Source of the DNA: Rebecca billardiae RCC1528
Taxonomy: Eukaryota > Protista > Haptophyta
DNA: 64,000 nucleotides
NCBI GenBank assembly: GCA_965240325.2
Contig: OZ251226.1
Coordinates: 1,860,001 to 1,924,000, forward strand
Direction: 5' to 3'
The position numbers were made by a program, and so were the translations under genes. Positions 40,717 to 51,819 of this stretch are shown piece by piece (position 1 is the first letter of the stretch; every line of letters starts with the position of its first letter). The notes under the pieces were generated by a model that saw only the letters and a program-made list of their open reading frames with translations, was not told where the DNA came from and made no database searches.

Positions 40717-43700
40717 TTAGTGCTGCGCAGCGCCGTCCGCGCCCACCGAGTCCGCCACCGGCTCGATCTGGAAGCCACCCGCACGCGCGAGCGCGCCGTG
40801 CGGCTCGTCCGCGCAGTGCAGCGCGTCGAAGGCGTCGGCGAGGTCGGCGGCCGCGGCGGCGGCGCTCGGGCTCGCGTACGCGCGCGGCGGCGCGAGCAGG
40901 CGCAGCGTGCCGCGCAGCAGCGCGGCGAAGCGCGCAATCGCATTGTCGCGCCGCAGCGCGAGCAGCACGCACGGCCCGGCCGCGAGCGCGCGCGCCGAGA
41001 GCGCCGGCGCGCGCGCGCGCGCGAGCAGCCGCGCCGCCTGCCCGTCGCTCAGCCGCGTGAGGCGCACTCCCACCACCTCAAACCGCTCGGCGGCGACGCG
41101 CTCGAGAACCGTGCCGGGCACGAGCTCGGCGTCTGCGTGGACGAGCGAGTGCGGGAGGACCAGGAGGAGCACCTCCGCCAGGCTCGGCACCGCGGGCGGG
41201 CGCAGCCGGCGGCGCGCGGCCGCGCCGAGTGACGGCGGAACCAACGGGTCGGAAGTGCGCGGCGCCGGCTGTGCGGCCGCGCCGCCGCCGCCGCCGCCGC
41301 CGCCATCCTCGAGCGCCGCTGTGTGCTCCGCGCCGCCCGCCGCGTCGAGCGGCGGCGGCGGGAGGCCGTGGCCGCTCGCGCTCGGGAACGCGAGCTCGAG
41401 CGCGCGCGCCGCCGCGCGCGCGTCCGCCGGCACGCACACGCCGTTGTGCGCCGCCGTCTCCCCAAACATGGCACGGAGCGAAAATGCTTCGGTGCGCTTG
41501 GCACGGCGCGGGTCGGCGTCGCCCGCGAGGGCGTGCAGGGTGCGTAGCGCCGAGGCGCGGCGGAGGGCGAAGAGCGCGCACACGCCCTCGCACCCTGGCT
41601 CGGCGGCAGCCTCGGCCTCCGCCGCGCCCGCAGACGCGCCGAAGGCCGCCGTGAGCGAGGGAGGCTGCGCAGCTGGCCCGGCAGCGGCCGCGGCCGCCGC
41701 GCCTTCGGCCGCCGCGCCGCCTTGGGCCGCCGCGCCGCCTTTGCCAGCCTCGGCCGCGCCGCCGGCCGCCGCCGCGCCGAGCTCGCGCCCGGCGGCGTCG
41801 AGCCGCACGAGCCGGAGGGCAGCCACCTCGAAGCCCGCGCGGCACAGCGCGCGCCACAGCTTGTGCAGGTGCGAGCGGCCGAGCAGCCGCGGCTTGGCCA
41901 GCAGCGGGACCAGCTGTCGCGGCGCGGGCGCGCACAGCGCTCGGCACACGGGCGCGCGAGCGTCGATCGCGCCTTCATAGGAGGCGACTGCGGCCTGAGG
42001 CGGCGGGCGGCGCGCGGGCGGAGGGGCGGGGCGCGCGTGAGCCGCGCCGCCGGCGGGGGCGCGCGCAGCGCCGCGCCCCCAGCGCGCGCGCGCACGGCAG
42101 CGGTGCAGCACGCGCCGCCCAGCGCGCCGCGCGCGCGCGCGACCGGCGCGTCCGCGCGTGCCGCCCAGCGCGCGCGCGCGCGCACTGGCTGTGCCGTCAG
42201 CTCCGATTCGGCCCAGAGCATCGCGACGTGGCGCGCGCCGGCGCGCGCGTCGGCGGAGACGAACGCGAGCACGCCGTGCGTGCCCGCGAGCGTCGCGCCG
42301 CCGCCGAGCCCGAAGGGCGTCGACGCCGCCGCCGCGGCGCAGAGCGCGCGCGCGCGCTCGCGCACGCGCGCGTGCGCGCCAAATCCGCGCACGGCAACTA
42401 GAAGCGTCGGACCTCCGCCGTGCGTGCCTGCCACGGCGCCGAGCGCGGCGCTCGCGCCGCCGTCGGCGGGGCGCTCTGTGGGCCGCGCGGCGCGCGCGGT
42501 CATCGCGCCGCTGCGCGAGCCCGACGCCCGCCCCGCCTCCGCGCCGTCGTCGCCGTCCGCGCCGCCGCCGCCGCCTCCGTCCGCGCTCGCGAAAAGTGCA
42601 CACGCTGGCAACGGCACGCGCGACACGGCCTTCAGGCCAAGAACCTCGATCTCGGGCGGGTGCGCGGGCTGGTGGGCGGCGGCGGGGCCGCCGCCGCTCG
42701 GCGGCTCGGCGTGCGCCGACAAGTGCGCGCCGACGCTCGTCGGCGCGAGCAGCGCGCGGAGAACTTGACCGAACGCGCCGCCGGCCGCGCCGCCGGCCGC
42801 GCCGCCGGCCGCGCCGCCGGCCGCGCCGCCGGCCGCGCCGCCCGGCGCGCGCGCAGCGCCGTCGGCCGCCGCGCCGACGCCGGCGTCGGTGGCCGTGAGC
42901 GCGAGCACCGCCACCTGCGGCAGCTCTGCGCAGCACGCCGCGGCGTCCGCGCTCAGGTGCGCGCTGTCGTGGATGGCGGCCGCGCGGCCAGGCCGCTCGA
43001 GGGCGAGCCCGCCCCACCGCCACACTTCCGCCGCCGCGCCGCCCGCCGCCGCGCCGCCCGCCGCCGCGCCGCCCGCCGCCGCGCCGCCGCCGCCGGCCGC
43101 CGCGCCGCCGCCGCCGGCCGCGCCGCCGCCGCTCGGCGGCGCGCGAGCGCGCGGCGGCGAGGCGCCGCCGCCGCTCGGCGGCGCGCGGCACGCCTCGCGC
43201 GCGCACTCGCCGATCGCCTTGCGCACCAGCGCGCTGTCAGCACAGTAGAGCGCGCGCGCCGCCAGGCCCTGCCGCGAGCCCGCCGCCGCCTCGGCCGCGC
43301 CCAGCGCGCAAGCGAACGCGCGCCGCAGGGCCGGGCGCGCGCACTCGCGCGCGAGGACGAGGAGGTGCACACGCGGAGCGCCGAGCACGAGCGCGGCGGT
43401 GGCGTCTGCGGCCTCTGTCAAGCCGGGCTCGGCGCCGCCGCCGCCGCCGCCCTCGCGCTCGGCGCCATCCGCCGCGCCCGCGCCCGCCGCCGCGCTCGCC
43501 GCGCCGCCCGCCGCGGCCGCCGCGGCGACGACTGCGGCCATGGCGTCACGCGCCGCCGTCGCGCCGTCCGCGTGGGCGTCGGGCGCGGGCGCGAAGCTGT
43601 AGCAGTCGGCGAGCACGAAGCCGCGCTCCTCGAGCGCGTGCAGCAGCTCGCCCACCCCGTCGTCCCCGTCCGAGCCGCCCGGCGCCGCGCGCAGCAGGGC

Positions 43701-46700
43701 GGCACACGTTGAGAATTGACTCACCACAAGAAGCGGCGGCAGCGCGCGCGAGCGCACGGCTGCGGCCGACGCGGCGGCTGGGAGCGCCCAGCGCTGTTCG
43801 GCGTGCGGCGGCGTCGGGAGGTCGGGCTCGGGCTCGGCCGCGGGGTGCGGCGCGAGCCGCCCGCCGAACAGCGCGGCGGCGAGGCGGGCCGCGCCCATGT
43901 GTGTGCGCGCGCAGCAGAGCGCGGGCGCGCGGCCAGGCCCGCCCAGCCGCGCATTGAGCGTGTCGGGGTCAGTGCGCGCGGCGAGGGCGGCGTCGGCCGG
44001 GCCGGCGATGGCGAGCCAGCGCGAGAGCGCGTGGCTGCCGCGCAGGCACACCGCCGCCCACGCCACCGCCTCTGCGGCGGGCGGCGCGTCGAGGCACAGT
44101 CCGGTGTTGCACGGCAGCGCACCCGCCAGCCCGGTGGCGTGTGGCGCGCCGCCGAAAAACCCGGACTGGGCATGTCCGGACTGGGCGCGCCCGGACTGGG
44201 CGCGTCCGGACTGGGAGGGGCGGCGGCCGTCGGCGGGGTGCTCCGGCGTCGGCGGCGGCGGCGCGCGCACCACGCGCAGCCCCACCAGCTGCAGCCCCGC
44301 CGCCGTCCACGCGCGCGCCGCCTCGCGCGGCACCGCCGCCGAGTGCGCCGCGCCGAGCGGGAGCAACGAGATTGTGATCTCGGCGGCGCGCGCGTGCGCT
44401 GGGAGCACCTCAGCGCCGCTGCCGGCGAAGGCACCGCCGCCGTCGGTGCCGCCGGCGCACGCCACCGCGCCGAACGCGGGCGACACGTCGAAGAGCGGCG
44501 GCGGCCGAAGCACGGCCGGCGGCTGCGGCGGCGGCGACGGCGCGGCGGCGGCGCCGCCGCCGTCGCCGCCGCCACCCGCCGCCGCGCCGCGCGTAGCGTC
44601 AGCGGCGCCCGCGCCGAGCGGCCGTAGCAGGACGGCGGCTCGGAGGGCGGCGTCGAGCGCGGCGTGTGCGCACGCGTCCGAGCCGTCCACCTCCGCGCGC
44701 AGCGCCGCGCCGAGCAGCCGCACGCACTCCGTGTGCGCGCACGCGTGCGCGCACGCGAGCGCGAGCGCGCGGCCGCGCCGGTTGGGGCGCGACGCGGCCG
44801 CGGCGGCCGACGGGTCGAATGTTGTCACAGGCGGCGTGGGCCACGCGACGAGCTGAACGGCGAGCACGCGCATGTCCGGAGGGGGCGGGCGGGCCGAGGG
44901 GTCCGCGCTGCGCTGCCCGCGCGCCGCGGACGTCGACTCGCCGCCCGCGCCTTCGCCGCCGCCGTGCGCGTCCCCGCCCACCCCGTCGCCGCCGCCGCCG
45001 CCGCCGCCGCCGTCCGCGCCGCGCCGCGCCGCGCCGCCGCGAGCCACCGCGCCAAGCGCCGCCGCGCACAGCGCGCCAAGCTCGGCTTCGTCAAGCGCAT
45101 CGACGGGGAGCAAGGCGGTGCACAGCCGCGCGCCGCCGGCGGCGGGGCCGACGCCCGCGGACGCCGGCGGCGGCAGCGTGGGCAGCGCCGCCGTCGCCGA
45201 GATCGCCGCGTCATAGAGCGAGATGCTGAGAGCGGTGGCGCGCGGCGCGGCGGCGCAAAAGCCGCCAGCCGTTGCGTGCACGCCAGCACTCGGCGCGGCC
45301 GCGCGGCGCGGCGGGGACAGCGGCTCGGCGTCGGCGCCGTCGAGGCCGGCGTCGGCGCGCGCGGCGAGGACGAGCTCGCGGTGCGCCGCCGCCGCCGCCG
45401 CCTCCGCCTGCTTCGCCGCCTCGAGCGCGCGCTCCTTCGCGTCTGCCAGAGCCTGCCGCTCCGCGCGCGCCTGCGCCTCCTCCGCTGCGGCCGCGGCGCG
45501 CGCGTGCTCGTAGCGAGTGCACTCCGCCTCCGCCGCGGCGCGGCGCGCGGCGTCGGCGTGCGCGCGGCGCGCGGCCTCGGAGGCGCGCTCGCGCGCGAGC
45601 GCCTCCGCCTCTGCCCTCGCCTGCGCGGACGCCTCCGCCGCCGCCGCGTCCGCCGCGCGCCGCCGCGCCTCCGCTTGCAGACGCTCGCGCAGCGCGGCCG
45701 ATCGCACCGCCTCCGCCTGGGCGCCGCGCTCGGCCGCGCGCAGCCGCGCGAGCCCGCCGTCGGCGCCGTCGTCGGCGGCGTCGGCGGGCGCGGGCTCGGC
45801 CCGCTGCTCCTGCGACGCGCGGTCACCGCCGCCGTCGGGCTCGTCCTCGGCGCTGCTCGCCGCCACGCCGGCGCGAGCGCCCGCGCCTGCGCCCGAGCCC
45901 GCGCCATCCGCCGCCGCGCCGCCCCCCGTCGGCCACGCCTGCCGCGGCTTCGGTGGCGGGGCCTCGCCGTCGTCGGCGTCGGCGTCGTGCCGCGGCGCGG
46001 CGGGCGTCTCGACGGCGCTGCTCGTCGGCGCGCGCGCGCCGCCCACCGGCGCGCTCATCGGCCGCGCCTGCCGCCCGGCGCGCGCGGCCGGCGAACGGGG
46101 CCGCCGTGCTGCTGCGAGCGTTACAGGCCGCGCCGCCGTCGCGGGCTCGCCGCGCAGTCGCCGGCGCGTGGCGTGCCAGAGCTCGTCCTCCGACTCGGAG
46201 TCGCCTTCGTCGTCGCTACTGCCACCCGTGCCCGCGCCCGCCGCGTACGCATCCCCGCGCCCACGGCCGCGTCCGCCGCGCCCGCCGCGCGCCGCCGCGG
46301 CGCCGCGTCCGCCGCGTCCGCCGCGGCCAGGCGCCGCCGCGGCCGGCGGCGCAGGGGCCGCGGGCGCAGCGCGCGGCGCGGAGGGCGGCGCCGGCGCCGG
46401 CACGGGCGCGGGTACATCGTCGTCGTCGTCGCTGTCACTCACCTCCGGATCGGCGACCTCGTTCGACCCCGCACGCGCGGCGCGCACGCGCTCTGCGGCC
46501 GCCACAAACTCCGTGGGAGCCGCAGCCGCGAGCCCCTCCATCCCCGCCGCATCCGGCACGGCGGCGGGCGGCGCACGCGGCGCGTCGGCCGAGCGTGCGG
46601 CGCTCGCCGTCGTAGGCGCGGCGCCGCGCGTGGGCGTGGGCGATTCGTCGGGCGCCGCACCCGTCGGCGAGCCGGCGCCCGACGAGTCGCCGTCGGCCCC

Positions 46701-47297
46701 GCCGCCGCGCTCGCCGCGCCGCTCCGCAGACGGCAGGAAAGGGCGTGGCGGCGCGCGCGTCCGAGCGCCGTTGGCGGCCGCCGCGCCGTCCGCGTGGTCG
46801 GAGTCGTCGTCCGAGTCGTCGTCCGAGTCGTCCATGCTGATCGACGGCAGCTGCAACCGCACCTCGTCGTGGATCGCGCGAATCTCCGTCGCGAGATCGC
46901 GCGTGAAGATATTGAAGTCGGAGGGCGCGCCGCCGCCGAGCGCACCGCCGCTCGAGTCCGACACGGAGTGGCCGTTGGCGGAGTCGATGGGGGGCGCGTG
47001 CTCGGCGGCGAGCTGGGCGCATGCTTGCAGGTCGAGCGCGGCGTACCGCGCGCGGCACAGCTCCGCGTCGCTCCCGGCGAGGTGGCCCACCTGCCGCATC
47101 TCGACGGCGGTCGCCTCCCAGTCGAAAGCGTTGCCGCGCGCGCTGTGCGCGAGCAGCTGGTCGAGCTCCGGGGTCCACGGGGGCGTGGGCTCGGCGGAGG
47201 CGCTGAGCTTCTGCGCCGCGAGGGCCGGGTGGAAGAAGAGGCGCGTCGCCTCGAGGTTGCGAACGTCGCGAGCCGAGAGGCGCGAGGGCGTTGACAT
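40717..47297 (-). CDS. Large protein with N-terminal SANT/Myb-like domain and several degenerate NDK-like domains, 2 exons
   Basis: WTPELDQLL...FDWEATA...CRARY; NDK-like GLQLVGLR...LRGSHALSRWLAIAGPAD...PDTLNARLG and GFEVAALRL...GDADPRRAK...SLRAMFGETAAHN. A phase-0 GT-AG intron at 42185-41995 joins ORFs 41049..47321 and 40717..43206. Confidence 0.7.
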
Positions 47298-47414
47298 CGG
47301 GCTTGCCGGGGGAGCGGGCACGCTGCGGCGGTTGAGCCACCCTCCAAGCTCAGCCAGTCAGCCGGCACCGACGCCGGCCCCGGACCACGCGGCCAAGGAC
47401 TGAGACTGTGCGCG

Positions 47415-48215
47415 ATGTCAGCCCACTCGCACGTCCGCATCACCTTGACGCTGCTTCTGGCTTGCGCCAGAAGCTTTGCGGGCGCGCAAGCCCCAGAAGA
47501 GGCGGGCTCATCCGCCACGCCTCTCTCTGAGTGGCTCCGGTCAGAAGCCGGGCCGCGCTGGGACCGCATCGTCACGCACCCGTTCACCGATCAACTCGCG
47601 CGCGGCACGGTCGACGAGCGCGTCATGTCGAGCTACCTCGTGCAGGACCATCGCTTCCTCGACGCGTTCTCGGCATTGCTCGCGTCGGCGATCGCGGCTG
47701 CGCCGACGATCGAGGATCGCATCCCCGGCGCCCAGTTCCTCGCCGTGATCCTCGGCAAGGAGAACACGTACTTCGAGCGCTCGTTCGAGGCGCTCGGGAT
47801 CGACGCCGAGCGGCGCGCGGCCGAGCCGGACGCGGAGGTGACGGCGCGGTTCAAGGGCCTGATGCGCGACGCCGCGGCCAGCGGCAGCCTGCCGATCATG
47901 CTCGCCGTGCTCGTCGTCGCCGAGTGGTCGTACGCCAGCTGGGGCGAGCGCGTGCTCGCCGAGGCTGGCGGCGCGCCCCGACCAGGCCTCCCGTTCTGGT
48001 GCACTGAATGGATCGAGCTGCACTCGGGCGAGTACTTCGGCTCGGTCGTGGCGTGGCTGCGCGGGCTGCTCGACCGCGCCGGCGAGCGGATGAACGACGT
48101 CGAGCGGCGCATGGTCCGCAACTTCTTTTTCAACGCCGTCGACTGCGAGATCGACTTCTTCGAGATGGCCATGGAGGCAGCGCCAGCGACACATCACATC
48201 AAATCTGAGCTGTAG
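47415..48215 (+). CDS. TenA/THI-4/PQQC family protein (TenA_E-like) with signal peptide
   Basis: Motifs HPFTDQLARGT, YLVQDHRFL, ENTYF, AEWSY, EWIELHS and EIDFF; C-terminal KSEL. Confidence 0.88.
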   Translation: MSAHSHVRITLTLLLACARSFAGAQAPEEAGSSATPLSEWLRSEAGPRWDRIVTHPFTDQLARGTVDERVMSSYLVQDHRFLDAFSALLASAIAAAPTIEDRIPGAQFLAVILGKENTYFERSFEALGIDAERRAAEPDAEVTARFKGLMRDAAASGSLPIMLAVLVVAEWSYASWGERVLAEAGGAPRPGLPFWCTEWIELHSGEYFGSVVAWLRGLLDRAGERMNDVERRMVRNFFFNAVDCEIDFFEMAMEAAPATHHIKSEL

Positions 48216-48676
48216 CTGACACTAGCATCTAAGGTTGCCAAAGTTGGACACTGGCATACTACCGTTGCCGATGGTGCCGCACCCCAGATGCCCACCTGCG
48301 TCTGTCCTGCGCATGGACCGCAAGGGCACTCGAGCCGCCGAGGGCCGCGCCGCCCGCGCGCGCGGCCCGACTCGCCACTCATCGGCCCCGGGCGCGCGCG
48401 GCACTGTACTCAGTAGTGCTGCAAGTGCAGTACGCCGCAGGCCGAGCAGCCTTCCAGGAGACCGAGCGCCCTGTCAGCATCAGTGCTGTCACTCGTCAGG
48501 CCCAAGCGCCTCAGGCAGAGTCAGACCGGCCCGTAAGCGTAACGGCGCCTGCTCGATGCAACTGTGAATTGTCCGACGGGGCGGCGGGGCGGCGAGTGAC
48601 TCTCCGACTCGAGTCTCCGACGAGCGAGCAGTTTGCACTGAGCAGGTGAGGGCGGGCCGGTGACGCGCCTCAGGCA

Positions 48677-48774
48677 GAGTCAGACGACCGCCGGGGCGGC
48701 CGCGCCGGGCCCGCCACCGGGTCCGGGATCGGATGATGGATCGAGGCGCGGCTGCCCCGGCGGTCGTCTGACTC
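48677..48774. repeat. 30-bp inverted repeat with a 38-nt spacer
   Basis: GAGTCAGACGACCGCCGGGGCGGCCGCGCC (48677-48706) versus 48745-48774, one mismatch. Confidence 0.8.
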
Positions 48775-50039
48775 AGGTATCAGCCGTGCGCTAGCAGTGC
48801 TGATGCTTGACGGGAGTCTGAGCAACAGACAGAGCAACTCATGCGTGATGGTCGTAGTAGTACTATAGTACTCGACGATTACATAGGCTACATCAGCACT
48901 GCTCGTCAGTCACTATTACTGTATGATGAATAAATTACCCGGACAGGCGACTACTGCTGAGTCGTAGTTAACTATAGCTGGTATGTAGCTTATTGGTGAG
49001 TTCTGTGTTAAATTGTGAATCGTATATAGTGACGATGTGAGTCGAATACTTGATCGTCTCACTCTGCAGACTACTAAGTTCTCAGCTTCGCCACGATGAT
49101 GGACCCTGACGCCCGGGGGCTTCGAGTTATATTCCCGGATGGCATCAGCGCCCGATGGCACGGATGGCACCGCGCTGTGACACTTAACATTGAGACGCTG
49201 CGGTGAGTCTGAGGCTGCGACCGCAGTGATATAAGTGACGAATGTGCTGAGTTTGATGAATTGGTCGTCGTACGCGCGAGCCTCATTAAGTAATAGCAGT
49301 AGCTTTGATCTTTTTAAATTCCCCTTTATAACGGGCTCCGGGTGATCTGCTTGAGCCTTGATCGGTCACCACTGCGGGCACGGTGACGAACTGCGTGACT
49401 CGCGGCATCAGACGGTTCAGAGCCACAGGATTAGACACTCACACTGCCGCACGGGACAGAATAACGCAGACATGATGACTGCCGACAGGCTAAGTGCCAT
49501 TCCATCCAGCGAGTTGTGCCAGAGGCGATGACTGCTATATCGAATCTATCGAAGCATACAGCTCGCTATGCGTGCGCGGTTATGTTGCGCGCAGTCCGTA
49601 CGTAAGCTACTGCCGATGCGGCACTCAGTACACATGCTGTCCGGTGCGGCATTCTTGCGCATGATACCCAGCGTGTCTGCGGCACGATCAAGATGGCGCT
49701 CAATTACCGACGCCAGCTCAAGAGATGTGCTCGTGCTGGGTGATCCCATCTGCCAGCTGTCGCCGCTTGCAGCACCCTGACGTTGGCCACGTGTTAGCGA
49801 GTTGGCATTGCGTGCGGCCGGTTCGCTTGCAGCCTACAACCAGTGACAAGGAGCAGAGGGAGCGGGCCACCAAGCTGTACGAAGGCGCTCAGCATACCCG
49901 CACGTGAACCGTGAGACCACCTAAGGCCGCCGCGATCACACCGTCAGCGCCATTCCCGCCACAAAGGCGCCCGCGCTCGCGCGTGGGCGGGGCGTTGGCC
50001 ACTGGCTGCCAAGGCGACCGGCGTGGGGCCGCCGCCATC

Positions 50040-51110
50040 ATGTGGGGCGAGCGGCGCGTGCTCGCGAGCGTGGGTGTGGGCGCCCTGCTGCTCGTGGCGT
50101 TGTCGCTGCACAACTTTGGCGGCAGAGGGCCCGAGACACGTGCACCTACGCAGCCGCTGGTCGCGCAGCCCGTCGCTGCGGTCGCGCAGCCCACCGCCGC
50201 CGCCAGCACGCCCGCCGCCGCCGCGCCAGCGGGGCAGCCGGCGGCGAGCACGACCGCAAAGTGGGTGGGGCTCCTCAGCGGCCGGCCTGAGAGCGCTCCG
50301 TACTGGGTGGAGGGGAAGATCCCGCCCGAGTTCACCTCCCGGCCCTCGCGCTGGGGCGCGCGCGGCACCTGCCCCTCCGCGCTGAGCGAGCCGACGATGC
50401 GGCAGAGCGCGCCGTTCTGCCTGGAGTATTGGCCGTCTCCGCCGGCAGGCCGGCAGTGCGTGATCTACTCGATCGGGATCGGCGACGTGTGGGGCTGGGA
50501 GGACAAGATCGCCGACCGCTACAGCTGCGCCATCGAGGCGTACGACCCGACGCGCAACCTGCGCGCCAAGCACGAGGCGCACGCGCACCCGCGCGTGCGC
50601 TTCCACTACGCCGGCCTCGGCGCGACGCGCAACAACGTGACCGCGGCCGCGGCGGCGCAGCGCGCGGAGGCGGGCGGCGGCGCGGCGGGCTCGGGCACGA
50701 TGAACTGGTACGGCGAGGTCGACCCGCGCGTGCTCACCACCCTCGAGGACATGGTCGACGCCGACCGCCGCCGCGGCGCCGTCGACGTCTTGAAGGTCGA
50801 CTGCGAGGGTTGCGAGTGGGCGGCGTTTGAGCAGATCGCGCGCGACAGCCCGGGGTTGCTCGACGGGACGAGCGTCGTGATGCTCGAGGTGCACATCACG
50901 CCGACCCTGATCGCGCCGACGGCCGCGCAGTTCGACGGCCTCTTCGACTTTCTCGTCACGCGCCAGGGCTTCCGCCTCTGGTACATGCGCAACAACGTCG
51001 GCTACAAGCGGGACAGGCACGTGGTTGACTTCCTCGCGAGGCACGGCGCCAAGCCCGACCAGTGCTGCTACGAGCTCGCGTTCGTCCGGCCGCGCGGCGC
51101 GCGGGAATGA
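50040..51110 (+). CDS. METTL24/Methyltransf_22-like SAM methyltransferase, type II membrane protein
   Basis: CVIYSIGIG..WGWE...CAIEAYDPT, VDVLKVDCEGCEW, LEVH and CCYELAF; N-terminal transmembrane helix. Confidence 0.85.
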   Translation: MWGERRVLASVGVGALLLVALSLHNFGGRGPETRAPTQPLVAQPVAAVAQPTAAASTPAAAAPAGQPAASTTAKWVGLLSGRPESAPYWVEGKIPPEFTSRPSRWGARGTCPSALSEPTMRQSAPFCLEYWPSPPAGRQCVIYSIGIGDVWGWEDKIADRYSCAIEAYDPTRNLRAKHEAHAHPRVRFHYAGLGATRNNVTAAAAAQRAEAGGGAAGSGTMNWYGEVDPRVLTTLEDMVDADRRRGAVDVLKVDCEGCEWAAFEQIARDSPGLLDGTSVVMLEVHITPTLIAPTAAQFDGLFDFLVTRQGFRLWYMRNNVGYKRDRHVVDFLARHGAKPDQCCYELAFVRPRGARE

Positions 51111-51819
51111 CGCGCCGCCGGGCGCGCGCGGGAGGGCGCAGCGGCGGCATGTTGCCATGGCGAGTGCCGGACGTGCTGCGCCGGCCCGAGGCCCGCCAGT
51201 GACCTGGCGACCACGCGCGACCGACCGACTGGCGGCGACTGACACGTATGCCGAAAAGGATGCTGACCGCTTCGCGCCACTTTTGGTACCGAAGGTGAAG
51301 GCACGCCGAGGTAAGAGTGGTAATACGTACTCAATATCTGCTCTCTCTCTCTCTCTCTCTCAGCGCATACGTCGTAGTATACTAGCTACTGCTACTACCA
51401 CGAGCGCGCGGACTGAGTCACTCCGGGACAGTCACACAGACACAGTGAGTCACTCAGTGAGTGCAGGCCCGTGGGGTCCGTGGCCCCGGCGGCCCGGCCA
51501 TGATGCAGAGTCTAGCAGGCGGACTATAGCGCATGGATCGTGCGGCGCCTGATGCCGGGACGATGCGGGACTACTCGAACTCGCCCTATGCATCTAACTA
51601 AGTTGCATGGGGGAGTCGATGGGCCATGGCTCCAGCACGACCACGATCGCCCGAACGGGTCCCGCGGCTCGGACCTACTACCTAGTCGGAGCTGCTTGCT
51701 GGCAAACGACTACGGCGCGTCTATCTGTGCCGCTATCCGCCACGATATTTACGGGCGCGGCACAAGGCCAAGCTGGTTATTGCCCCCTGCGCACCCTTGT
51801 CACAGCGCGCGAGTCGTAC

